Below are positions 50,627 through 59,850 of a stretch of 64,000 nt of DNA, in pieces. Position 1 is the first letter of the stretch. The number at the start of each line of letters is the position of its first letter. The stretch is from Candidatus Thorarchaeota archaeon. Its GTDB lineage: Archaea; Asgardarchaeota; Thorarchaeia; Thorarchaeales; Thorarchaeaceae. The notes under the pieces are model-generated. The model saw nothing but the letters and a program-made list of their open reading frames with translations. It was not told the origin of the DNA and did not search any database. Location of the stretch: contig DXJO01000018.1 of the NCBI GenBank assembly GCA_019057475.1, positions 1 through 64,000 on the forward strand. Reading direction: 5' to 3'. The position numbers were made by a program, and so were the translations under genes.

Positions 50627-51601
50627 TCATCGCTTCTTTACGCGGTACACAGCTAATGCCACGATGACAAGCAATGTAGCCGCAATGGCAACTGACTGTT
50701 CAAATGACAATCCCAACGTTGGAGGTGGAGTGGTTGATGATTCGAAACCCTCCACTAGCCACAGGGAGACCTTCATCATCATATCCCATTCGGAGCCCTG
50801 GTCATCAAACTCATTCTCCCAAATGCTGTTATCTCTCTGAGAGTCCTCCTCCCACTCTGGGTGAGGTCCAGAAAGGAACACGCGGCCAGAGTCGTATTCA
50901 AATGCGACCATTGCAGACTGGTTATTGACCGAGAATGTCGCCAGCGTGTGAATCCCATTTTGGCTCTCGCTTTCGAAGTAGGGTCCACCGTAGTACATGA
51001 CTGAATGCGTGGAGGGCTCTCCAGAGAAGTCGATGATATCCGAACTATGATTCACACTTATCTCGCACATATCGTAGTTTGGCCAGCTAGCAATCTCCTC
51101 GATTGAACCCACTCCCGTACCATCGAAGAGGTCAAGTGAATAATCATGGGTTGTTCCTTCCCAGGTGATCTTATCACAGGCAAAGTAAGCTCCAGCACAC
51201 ACACCAAAGAATGCGCCTCCCTCCCTCACAAACCGTCTAATCTCCGCAATTCCAATAGAGCCCAATTCATTGTTGTAGGTGACCGCCCAACCGCCCGGGA
51301 TGACTACCATGTCGTAGTTCGACAGTTTTCCGTCAATGATGTCTGAGGCATAGAGCAGGTCTGTACTTGCATTCATCCACTGAAACATGAATGTCAACGC
51401 GTTTCTACTACTCTGACTTGATGATTGGTCACCAAAGTAGACAGCCACGCTTACCCCTGAAAGGTCGATCCGATTAGCTGGTGTTTGGGCTTGAGTATTA
51501 GTGGCTAGAGTAAGAATGAACATTACTACAACTGCAAGTGCGACAAATGAGCGATAAGTTCTTGTGATGGCTTCAAGCTTCATTGAGAACCGACCGGACA
51601 T
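50627..51601 (-). CDS. Secreted, membrane-anchored BPL-N/class I GATase-like hydrolase
   Basis: IPGG, GVCAGAY (nucleophile Cys), YYGGP, SGPHPE (H-x-E); signal peptide and C-terminal TM. Confidence 0.8.
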   Translation of the reverse strand: MSGRFSMKLEAITRTYRSFVALAVVVMFILTLATNTQAQTPANRIDLSGVSVAVYFGDQSSSQSSRNALTFMFQWMNASTDLLYASDIIDGKLSNYDMVVIPGGWAVTYNNELGSIGIAEIRRFVREGGAFFGVCAGAYFACDKITWEGTTHDYSLDLFDGTGVGSIEEIASWPNYDMCEISVNHSSDIIDFSGEPSTHSVMYYGGPYFESESQNGIHTLATFSVNNQSAMVAFEYDSGRVFLSGPHPEWEEDSQRDNSIWENEFDDQGSEWDMMMKVSLWLVEGFESSTTPPPTLGLSFEQSVAIAATLLVIVALAVYRVKKR

Positions 51602-51656
51602 ATTGATTGCAGTCGCGTACTAATCTAGCCTTATTGCTCTTTAGCAATGCGCAGCA

Positions 51657-51725
51657 CTCTTGTTCAATCGTGAACACGGATGTTAGCACTCTTCATATCA
51701 TTGTTCATATCAAATACAGTACAGC
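51657..51725 (+). promoter_or_regulatory. Conserved 69-bp upstream element, copy 1
   Basis: Matches the reverse complement of 59031-59098 (47/53 identical over the first 53 nt); contains TGTTCA-N4-TGAACA. Confidence 0.8.
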
Positions 51726-51788
51726 CTGATATCAGTACTTCTTCAAACGGGTCTGGATGAAAAGAACCCCTATAGGAGTTGTCAAAGA

Positions 51789-53084
51789 ATGGTTGACGCC
51801 AAGGAAATCATGAAGAAAGACAAAGAGTACCTAGCAGCAGTCTATTCTCGTAAGCCAATCGTTGTATACGAAGGAAAGGGCGCAATTGTCAAGGATCTTG
51901 AAGGGCGAGAATATATCGATTGTTTGAGCGGCATCTCAGTTGTAAATGCCGGACATACGCCTGAACGCTTAGTGAGAGCAGGAACTGAGCAAATGAGAAG
52001 ACTCTGGCATTGCTCTGGCCTGTATTACAGCGTTCCTCAGACACTGCTTGCGGAAAAATTGGCCAGCATTGCACCGGGCGCACTCAGGAAATCTTTCTTC
52101 TGCAACAGTGGTGCTGAGGCGGTTGAGGGGGCTGTCAAGCTAGCAAAGAAGTTCGCGATATCTGAAGGTCGTACTGGAGCAGGTGTCATTGCCCTTGAGG
52201 GCTCATTCCACGGCAGACTTGCCTTATCTCTGACTTTGACCGGTCAAGCCAAGTACAAGAAAGGATTCGGGACATTCGCCAACCACCCGGGAGTTGTACA
52301 TGCTCCAGCACCCTATTGCTATCGATGTCCTCTGTCATATCCTGATTGTGGCGTTGAGTGTGCACGGAAGGTCGAGGACATCATCAAATACCACACAACT
52401 GGCGATGTAGCGGCGATGATAGTGGAACCAGTGATGGGTGAGGGAGGGATCATTGTACCGCCTGATGGATATCATGCAGAATTGCAGAAGATATGTCACG
52501 ACCATGAAATCCTCTTCATTGCGGATGAAGTGCAGACTGGCTTTGGCAGAACTGGCAAGATGTTTGCAAGTGACTTTTGGGACATCAAGCCCGATATTAT
52601 GACAATGGCGAAGGGGCTGGGGGCTGGCCTACCCATAGGCGCTGTGATGTATACTGATGAGATTGTGAGATGTTTGGTGTCAGGGGACCACTTCTCGACA
52701 TTTGGCGGAAATCCTGTTTGCTGTGCTGTTGCGCTGGAAAACATAGCATATTTGCAGGAAGAAGGGCTCTTGACCAATTCCAAGCATATTGGGAAGCTGC
52801 TCATGGAAGAGCTGCTATCCTTACAGCAGAAAAACGACATGATTGGAGATATCCGAGGAAAGGGGCTCATGATTGGCGTAGAGCTCGTGAAAGATAAGAC
52901 TTCCAAGAAACCCGCTGTTGAGCAGACAAAGAAGGTTGCAAAGGAAATGTTCAACAACAACATCCTGATAGGCACAGGTGGGGTCCACAGCAATGTCCTA
53001 CGCATACAGCCTCCGCTTTGCCTTTCAGACGAACAGGCCAAGAAAGTGTTGGACCTCCTAAAGGAGCAGCTGGGGGATCTCTAG
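51789..53084 (+). CDS. Class III PLP aminotransferase
   Basis: NSGAEAVE, SFHGR, EPVMGEGG, ADEVQTGFGRTG, MAKG, STFGGNP. Confidence 0.93.
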   Translation: MVDAKEIMKKDKEYLAAVYSRKPIVVYEGKGAIVKDLEGREYIDCLSGISVVNAGHTPERLVRAGTEQMRRLWHCSGLYYSVPQTLLAEKLASIAPGALRKSFFCNSGAEAVEGAVKLAKKFAISEGRTGAGVIALEGSFHGRLALSLTLTGQAKYKKGFGTFANHPGVVHAPAPYCYRCPLSYPDCGVECARKVEDIIKYHTTGDVAAMIVEPVMGEGGIIVPPDGYHAELQKICHDHEILFIADEVQTGFGRTGKMFASDFWDIKPDIMTMAKGLGAGLPIGAVMYTDEIVRCLVSGDHFSTFGGNPVCCAVALENIAYLQEEGLLTNSKHIGKLLMEELLSLQQKNDMIGDIRGKGLMIGVELVKDKTSKKPAVEQTKKVAKEMFNNNILIGTGGVHSNVLRIQPPLCLSDEQAKKVLDLLKEQLGDL

Positions 53085-53111
53085 GGATCACCAAGACTTG
53101 GAGGCTTTGAG

Positions 53112-54884
53112 GTGGAAAAGACTTCGATTAACCGCATCGAGGATACAATCAGGGGGCTTTGTCAGTTCGAGAATAGGATAGCCGGGTCCAAGAATGAAGC
53201 GCGTGCTGCGGAGTTCCTCATCAAACGTCTTCAAAGTTGTGGCATTCAGGATGTCAAAGAAAGCTCATTCTCTGTAATCAGCTGGAAACCCGTGAACTGC
53301 CAAGTCATGATTATTGAACCGCTTCGGCGAAAGATTGAGGCTGCACTCTTCCCTTGCTCTCCAAGCGCAGAAAGCAATGGCAATCTGATGGCAATCGATC
53401 AAACGTCCAATGAAACACTGAACAACGGGAGCCAGATAGGCCTTTCGCCTTGGGGTAAGCTGCTGTATCAATCAGTCACGACCGCCTATCATCAGGCTGT
53501 GAAACTCGGGCTTGAAGCAGTCCTGATTTCCGCACCCGATGATGGCGACCTGAGGAAGGTTGTAATCGTTGATTCTGGAGGGTCTTTGAAAATACCAGTG
53601 ATCAGCATCTCAAAGGAAGACGCGTCTTTTCTTTCAGACCTGATGGGGAGCTCGAAAGTTGTTCTTGAAGTAAGAACTGAAGTCGATGTGGACCCTGAGG
53701 CCCAGTCCAAGAATCTGGAAGTCGTAATCGAAGGAAACAAAGAATCTGAGCACGAGATTTGCATAGGGGCGCACTATGATGCTTGGTTCAAGGGCGCGGC
53801 TGACAACGCTGCACCAGTAGCTGTTGTCCTCGAACTCGCCCACCTTCTGAATGAATATGTCGTTAATGGAGGATCCCTGCTCAGAACTGTTAGGTTTCTA
53901 TTCTTTGGGGCTGAAGAGAGCGGATCAACGTCCTTCTATTACTGGATCAATGGCTCCAAAGCCTATGTAGCAGCCAACAAGGATACTGTGATCAAGACCG
54001 CGGCAATGCTCAGTTTGGATTCAATCGGATTCCCCCCTCCTGCTCCAAACAGTATCGGAGCTACTGGGGGTCTTCTTGCATTCGCTAAGAGCATTCAAGC
54101 TGGCCATGGAAATGCTTCCAATGTCACGTTCTTTGGTCCACCCGGATACGGAAGCGATCACTGGTTCTTCGAGATATCCGGCGTTCCAACAATTTACGGT
54201 CTAGCTTTTCCAAGCAAATTCTACCATACACAGAAAGACGACCCTGACAATTTGGACTACGACGGTGTGCATTTTCACGCGGAGTTCATGCGGAGCGCGC
54301 TATTCACCTTGGCAAATGCGCCTTTGTTGCCTCTCGACATGTTTGGTTCCTTGACGGAAATCGAGCGGATACTCACGCATTACAATGAGATGAAGGATTG
54401 TCCTTTTGATACAGCAAGTGTGGTGGCTAAAATTAAGCAGATTTGGGGCAAGAAGAAAGCCTTTGAGAAGGCTGCAAAATCCGCAATCGCCGCCAATAAC
54501 ACGAAGCTACTGGAAAAGATGAACCGGTTCCATGTGTTGACTGCTCGTACATGCAACCGTACAATAGGACGGACTCTGCGAAGCTCATCTTCTTCCGGTG
54601 TTAGCTATTTGGCAAGATTGGAATTGATTGCAGATTATATGGAAATCCGCGCAGCCGTCAACAGGTTAAAACAGATGCCAATCGCAAATCTAGCAAATGA
54701 AACAATCAAGAGACTTGAATCACAAGAAGACAACCCATTCAGCTGGGTTTCGATTCATGAACCGTTGGGAACCCTTGAGAAAGAAGCAGCTCGGATATCA
54801 CGTGTGGTGGAAAACGAGCTCACTAACCTGTTAGAAGCAATCGATGCTATTTGGCAAGATATGGAAGAACTAGTATCAGAATAG
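53112..54884 (+). CDS. M28-family metallo-hydrolase with PA-like insert
   Basis: GAHYD, GAADN, AEESG, GSDH, YHT. Confidence 0.85.
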   Translation: MEKTSINRIEDTIRGLCQFENRIAGSKNEARAAEFLIKRLQSCGIQDVKESSFSVISWKPVNCQVMIIEPLRRKIEAALFPCSPSAESNGNLMAIDQTSNETLNNGSQIGLSPWGKLLYQSVTTAYHQAVKLGLEAVLISAPDDGDLRKVVIVDSGGSLKIPVISISKEDASFLSDLMGSSKVVLEVRTEVDVDPEAQSKNLEVVIEGNKESEHEICIGAHYDAWFKGAADNAAPVAVVLELAHLLNEYVVNGGSLLRTVRFLFFGAEESGSTSFYYWINGSKAYVAANKDTVIKTAAMLSLDSIGFPPPAPNSIGATGGLLAFAKSIQAGHGNASNVTFFGPPGYGSDHWFFEISGVPTIYGLAFPSKFYHTQKDDPDNLDYDGVHFHAEFMRSALFTLANAPLLPLDMFGSLTEIERILTHYNEMKDCPFDTASVVAKIKQIWGKKKAFEKAAKSAIAANNTKLLEKMNRFHVLTARTCNRTIGRTLRSSSSSGVSYLARLELIADYMEIRAAVNRLKQMPIANLANETIKRLESQEDNPFSWVSIHEPLGTLEKEAARISRVVENELTNLLEAIDAIWQDMEELVSE

Positions 54885-54902
54885 GAAAATGGAGGAATCA
54901 GA

Positions 54903-55793
54903 GTGGCAAGAAAACTGGGTGTGGCTGGTCTTCAGTTGAAGAAAGACTTTAGCGACGCAGAGTCCAATATCATCAAATTCGAAACTATGACACGAACAGC
55001 AAAGGCGTCATATCCATGGGTGGATCTAATTTTCACTGGTGAACTATACCTTCAACAGTATGGAACCAAAGATTGGAAGGATTTCGCTGAGCCCATCCCA
55101 AATACTTTGACTGATCGACTATCGCGTCTTGCTAAGAGAACTCATTGCTGGTTGGTTCCTGGCTCCTTTCTCGAGCGAGACGGTTCGCGAATCTTCAATA
55201 CCTCGATTGCGTTCAATCCAGACGGGGAGATAGTAGTGAAGTACAGGAAGATTTTCCCATGGGCTCCACACGAAGATACGGATCAAGGTACCGAGTTCAT
55301 CACATTCGACATCCCCGGAATAGCAAGAGTAGGCATGACCATTTGCTACGATTTATGGTTCCCAGAGTTGTTCAGGACACTTGCATGGATGGGATCTGAA
55401 GTCATTCTGCAGCCGTCTGCGACATACACCCCTGATAGGGACGCCGAGTTGATTCTAACGCCAGCTCAGGCCATCATGCACCAATGCTATATTCTCAATG
55501 TGAACACAATCAGTCCTCACGGAGGAGGACGGTCGATGTTTGCAGATCCAGAAGGGTATGTTATCCAGAAGACTGGCACTCACGAGGAAATGATGATTGA
55601 GGTCATTGATATAGACAAGGTTGCATGGATCCGACAACATGGTTCCTTCGCACTCAACCCGGTTTGGAAGAGCTTCAGGGACTCGCCCTTGAACGGGAAA
55701 TTCCCGCCGTATGAGAATCTACAAGACGGCGAGATACTCAAGACACTCGGGGAAATGAAGCTTCAGAAGAGTATCAGAGATTGGGACGTTTAG
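54903..55793 (+). CDS. Nitrilase-superfamily C-N hydrolase
   Basis: E-K-C triad: TGEL, YRKIFP, ICYD. Confidence 0.9.
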   Translation: MARKLGVAGLQLKKDFSDAESNIIKFETMTRTAKASYPWVDLIFTGELYLQQYGTKDWKDFAEPIPNTLTDRLSRLAKRTHCWLVPGSFLERDGSRIFNTSIAFNPDGEIVVKYRKIFPWAPHEDTDQGTEFITFDIPGIARVGMTICYDLWFPELFRTLAWMGSEVILQPSATYTPDRDAELILTPAQAIMHQCYILNVNTISPHGGGRSMFADPEGYVIQKTGTHEEMMIEVIDIDKVAWIRQHGSFALNPVWKSFRDSPLNGKFPPYENLQDGEILKTLGEMKLQKSIRDWDV

Positions 55794-55811
55794 ACCCGGG
55801 AGACAGCTAAC

Positions 55812-57101
55812 ATGTCAGATAAGGGTGAAGTAGTTAAGGAGTGGATACGAGAGCATAGCGACTCGCTAATCACTCTGACTCAAGAACTAGTTCGCATCCC
55901 CAGCATCACCGGACACGAGTTTAATGTTCAGGAATACATCCTGAAGCGCTTAGATCGCCTAGGTCTCGAGCCATGGATGGTTCTGCCAGATGTCGATGTT
56001 TTAAGAAAGGACGCCGACTTCTTTGAAACATCGTCTTTCGTCAAGTATGGATACGAGAACCGACCCAACGTTGCCGGCATCCTTAAGGGGTCCGGCAATG
56101 GCCGGTCGATATGTCTTAGCGGGCACGTTGACGTTGTATCCCCAGAGCCCGTTGGCCAGTGGTCCTATGACCCTTGGTCTGGTGAAGTTGACGACGGGAT
56201 GATCTATGGTCGAGGGGCAGGCGATATGAAGGCAGGTATCGCCGCCATGATTATCGCATTGGAGGCAATCAGGAGGGCCGACGTCAAGCTAAAGGGCGAT
56301 GTTCATGTGGAAACGACAATTGAAGAAGAGGATGGTGGAGTAGGCGGCAATCTCTACATGAGACTGACGCAACCACGAACGGATGGTGCGATAAACCCCG
56401 AACCAACCAGCCTACAGATTGGCATGGCTAGTGCAGGAGTCATGTACTTTAGGGTAATTTCCTTCGGCGTCCCAGCCCATGCTGCCACTGCGCACTTTGG
56501 AGTCAACGCAATACACAAGATGCTTCCCCTCATTGAGGCGCTTCGAACTCTAAATGAAAGGAGACAACAGAGAATCTCCTATGCTTATGCCGAAGCTATG
56601 AGTCCTAGGATGAAAGGGCGAGTGACCACAATCAACATAGGAGTTGTTAGGGCGGGCGATTGGCCCTCAACAGTTCCAGGGACATGTGAGATAGAATGCA
56701 GAATAGGCTGGCCGCCCGGGGAAACCCGGGAGGAAGTGATGAGTGAAGTTGAAGAGTGCATAACAAACGCATATCAGAATGACTCATGGCTCCGCGACCA
56801 TCCTCCCAAGGTGGAGTGGTTCGGATGGCGGGCAAGGCCCCACGAGCAAGACGTCCAAGATCCGTTTGTCCTTTGCATAAGAAACCAAATTGCAAAGGCG
56901 ACTAAGAAAAGCCCAGTCCTGTACGGAGGTTCAGCAGGCCTTGATACGCGATTTTTCGTGAACCATGGCACTCCGGCTGTGACATTCGGACCTGCCGCGC
57001 AAAGAATTCATTCGTTTGATGAATGCGTGAGCATTGAGTCAATTGTGACGACAGCTGAAGTGATAGCTGCAACGATAATGGACTGGTGTGGTGTGGCCTA
57101 A
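55812..57101 (+). CDS. ArgE/DapE (M20) family deacylase
   Basis: GHVDVV, GRGAGDMKAG, EEE, EPT, HAA, H..DE. Confidence 0.9.
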   Translation: MSDKGEVVKEWIREHSDSLITLTQELVRIPSITGHEFNVQEYILKRLDRLGLEPWMVLPDVDVLRKDADFFETSSFVKYGYENRPNVAGILKGSGNGRSICLSGHVDVVSPEPVGQWSYDPWSGEVDDGMIYGRGAGDMKAGIAAMIIALEAIRRADVKLKGDVHVETTIEEEDGGVGGNLYMRLTQPRTDGAINPEPTSLQIGMASAGVMYFRVISFGVPAHAATAHFGVNAIHKMLPLIEALRTLNERRQQRISYAYAEAMSPRMKGRVTTINIGVVRAGDWPSTVPGTCEIECRIGWPPGETREEVMSEVEECITNAYQNDSWLRDHPPKVEWFGWRARPHEQDVQDPFVLCIRNQIAKATKKSPVLYGGSAGLDTRFFVNHGTPAVTFGPAAQRIHSFDECVSIESIVTTAEVIAATIMDWCGVA

Positions 57102-57152
57102 TTTCGCTAATCGCAGAAACACCTGTTCCTGGAAACTGCAGACTTTTCGCTC

Positions 57153-58994
57153 TTACATTCCAACTATCTTCGACATGCCTTTGGAGATTCCACTGAGGAG
57201 GTCCGAAAGGTTGGATAGTTCCTTCTCTATCTGTTGGAACACTCTGGATCTTTCTTGTTCCAGCTTCGCAAGGGGCTCATGAATCCTAATCCAGTTGTAG
57301 GGATTCTCCTTCTGCACTTCAAGTTTGGCGACAGAGTGATGCCCTATGTTCGCAATTGGCATGCCACGCAGAGCGCTAATTGCTCGGCTTAGGTCAACAT
57401 AATCGGCAATCATTTCCAAGCGAGAAAGATAGTCTACATCGTCAGGAGCCTTTTGCCGCCAGATCCAACCGATTGTTCTGTTAAGCGAGTTTGCAGTGGA
57501 AAGCAGGAACTCATTGATTGCCGCAATTCCGTTTGAGTCACTTTTCTCACTCACATCCTTTAGGGATTTCAAGAACTTCTGTTTCATTCCCGCAATCCGG
57601 TCCAGCTTCTTTAGGAGTGGTGCTAAGTCAAATGGACTATCCGTTCTTCTGCTATGTTCAAACAGAATTCCACGGAATCGCTCCAGAAGCGGGAAGATGT
57701 CAATTGGCAGCAAATCTGCGTTTGCTAGGCTGAGCAATGCCTTCCTAATGAACTCAGCAAAGAAGTGGACTGCTTGATAGTCCAAGTTCTCAGGACTGTC
57801 CTCTTGCGTGTGATACAACGGACTCGGGAATGACACACCGTACACTGAAGGGACACCGGAGATTTCAAAGAACCAGTGGTCACTACCATACGCTGGGGGA
57901 TCGTAGTAGTCTACTCGCGAAGCAATCTTTGAGCCGACTTTCAGATTCCTAACAAAATCAAGGAGTCCAGTCGTAGCAGCAATGTAGTTCTTAGCAGGAG
58001 TTGGATAGCCCACTGAATCCAACGATAAGAAGGAAGCGGCTTTCTTAACTATATCTTGGTTTTCCCTGACGAATGCTTTTGACCCGTTGCACCAGTAGTA
58101 GAAGTCCATAGAGCCGCTCTCCTCAGCCCCAAAGAATAGGAACCTAACCGTTCTCTTGAGCTCTCCTTCGTTTTGCCTATACTCATGAAGGAGCCTTGCG
58201 GTTTCGAGAACTATCGCCGCAGAAGCTGAATTGTCAGCGGCTCCTTGGAACCATGCGTCATAGTGGGCACCAATCAGAATCTCGTGGTCTGATGAGCCGT
58301 TGCCCGCCACTGTGACCATAAGATTGCGCGACCGTGCTTTCGCGGACCAGTCAACCTCTGTACGCAACTCAACGACAACATCATCCGACTCCAAAAGGTC
58401 GAAGAGAAACTCGCCATCTTCCTTGGATATGTTAATCATTGGTATCTTCAGAAGACTGCCTGAAGATATGACAACAACCTTGTGCAGATTGCCGTCATCA
58501 GGAGAGGAAACAATCAAGCCTTTGGCATCCTGATCTAAGGCATGGAAGTAGGCTCTCATCGGTCCAAGGTAAAGCTCTGTTCCCCACCTAACTAGACCAA
58601 TCGTGTCGCTATCTTTCTCTAGGATTCCGGAGTTGATTTGGTGAAAGGGCGCAAGTCGTCCCTTTATTTCTGCACCTTGTGAGTGGGGGAACACAACTGC
58701 CTTGATGTCCTTGCGAACCGGCTTGATGACCTTGAGTTGGCAATGTGTAGGTTGCCACCGATGAACCTCGAACTTACTCTCCTTGATTTTGGTGATTCCG
58801 AAGCTGGCAAGTCGGCTTTTGATGTATTCCGCAGCCTTCGCTTCACTCTCGGTCCCTGCAATCTTGTTTCCTATGGCACTAAGACCTTCAACGGTTTTCC
58901 TAATTTCGTCGATAGACGTCGGTTCCAAAGGTTCTCCTCCTCGCTCGTGGCGAGTCCAACTAGTGATGCGAGCTCTTCCAAAGCTAAACAGCAT
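57153..58994 (-). CDS. M28-family hydrolase, paralogue of 53112-54884 (likely start TTG 58928)
   Basis: GAHYDAWF.GAADN, FGAEESGS..FYYW.NGSKA and YGSDHWFFEISGVP shared with the paralogue; GGAGGAG RBS. Confidence 0.85.
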   Translation of the reverse strand: MLFSFGRARITSWTRHERGGEPLEPTSIDEIRKTVEGLSAIGNKIAGTESEAKAAEYIKSRLASFGITKIKESKFEVHRWQPTHCQLKVIKPVRKDIKAVVFPHSQGAEIKGRLAPFHQINSGILEKDSDTIGLVRWGTELYLGPMRAYFHALDQDAKGLIVSSPDDGNLHKVVVISSGSLLKIPMINISKEDGEFLFDLLESDDVVVELRTEVDWSAKARSRNLMVTVAGNGSSDHEILIGAHYDAWFQGAADNSASAAIVLETARLLHEYRQNEGELKRTVRFLFFGAEESGSMDFYYWCNGSKAFVRENQDIVKKAASFLSLDSVGYPTPAKNYIAATTGLLDFVRNLKVGSKIASRVDYYDPPAYGSDHWFFEISGVPSVYGVSFPSPLYHTQEDSPENLDYQAVHFFAEFIRKALLSLANADLLPIDIFPLLERFRGILFEHSRRTDSPFDLAPLLKKLDRIAGMKQKFLKSLKDVSEKSDSNGIAAINEFLLSTANSLNRTIGWIWRQKAPDDVDYLSRLEMIADYVDLSRAISALRGMPIANIGHHSVAKLEVQKENPYNWIRIHEPLAKLEQERSRVFQQIEKELSNLSDLLSGISKGMSKIVGM

Positions 58995-59030
58995 GGGATC
59001 TCACATGACACTTCACGATTAGCGCACTAT

Positions 59031-59098
59031 GCTGTACTACATGCTTATGAACAACGATATGAAATATGCTAACATCCGTGTTCATGATTGTACAAGAG
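59031..59098 (-). promoter_or_regulatory. Conserved upstream element, copy 2 (inverted)
   Basis: Reverse complement of 51657-51725; 18-bp identical core TGAACACGGATGTTAGCA. Confidence 0.8.
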
Positions 59099-59200
59099 CG
59101 TACGCTTCAAGTTGTTCAAGTCTGTTCAAGAGTGTTAGGTTTCTTTTTCTACATGTTCACATCATCGTGACCATTGATGCGATTCTGTGAGTAGACACGT

Positions 59201-59848
59201 ATGAATGACTCCGTCAATAAGCTAAAGGAAGCTGTTATCAAAGGTGACTACAAAAACACCCCTGACCTCGCCAGAGAAGCTCTCGAGGCAGGTGTATCCC
59301 CTATTGAGGTTCTTAAGAAAGGGATTACAGACGCGGCTACGATTGTAGGGGATCAGTTTGAGCGGATGGAGATATACCTCCCGGAGCTGATGATGTCAGG
59401 AAAAGCAATGATGGCAGGCATTGATGTCATTCTACCCAGGATTTCGTCTAGCGATGATGTAATCAAGGGCAGGGTCGTTGTTGGAACTGCGCTAGGAGAT
59501 GTACACGAGATTGGCAAGAACATTCTCAAGGTTCTGCTAATCGCTAGTGGTTTCGAGGTAAGCGACCTGGGAGTGAATGTTCCCACTTCCAAGTTTATTC
59601 AGGAAGCAGAGAGAATCAACGCAGACATAATTGCAATATCTGCCCTGATGACTTCCACACTGGGAGGACAGAAAGATGTCATCGATTATCTGCGAGAAAC
59701 AGGGAAACGTGACAAATACATCATAATGGTGGGTGGAGGTCCGACCAACAAGCAGTGGGCAGACACGATAGGTGCCGATGGCTTTGCAGAATCAGCTCCT
59801 GATGCAGTCAGGGAGGCAATTAGGTTGATCGAAGAACGGAGGGGATAG
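59201..59848 (+). CDS. Methyltransferase corrinoid protein (MtmC/MtaC-like)
   Basis: YLPELM cap, GDVHEIGK (DxHxxG), DLG..VP, SALMT, VGGGP. Confidence 0.92.
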   Translation: MNDSVNKLKEAVIKGDYKNTPDLAREALEAGVSPIEVLKKGITDAATIVGDQFERMEIYLPELMMSGKAMMAGIDVILPRISSSDDVIKGRVVVGTALGDVHEIGKNILKVLLIASGFEVSDLGVNVPTSKFIQEAERINADIIAISALMTSTLGGQKDVIDYLRETGKRDKYIIMVGGGPTNKQWADTIGADGFAESAPDAVREAIRLIEERRG

Positions 59849-59850
59849 AT

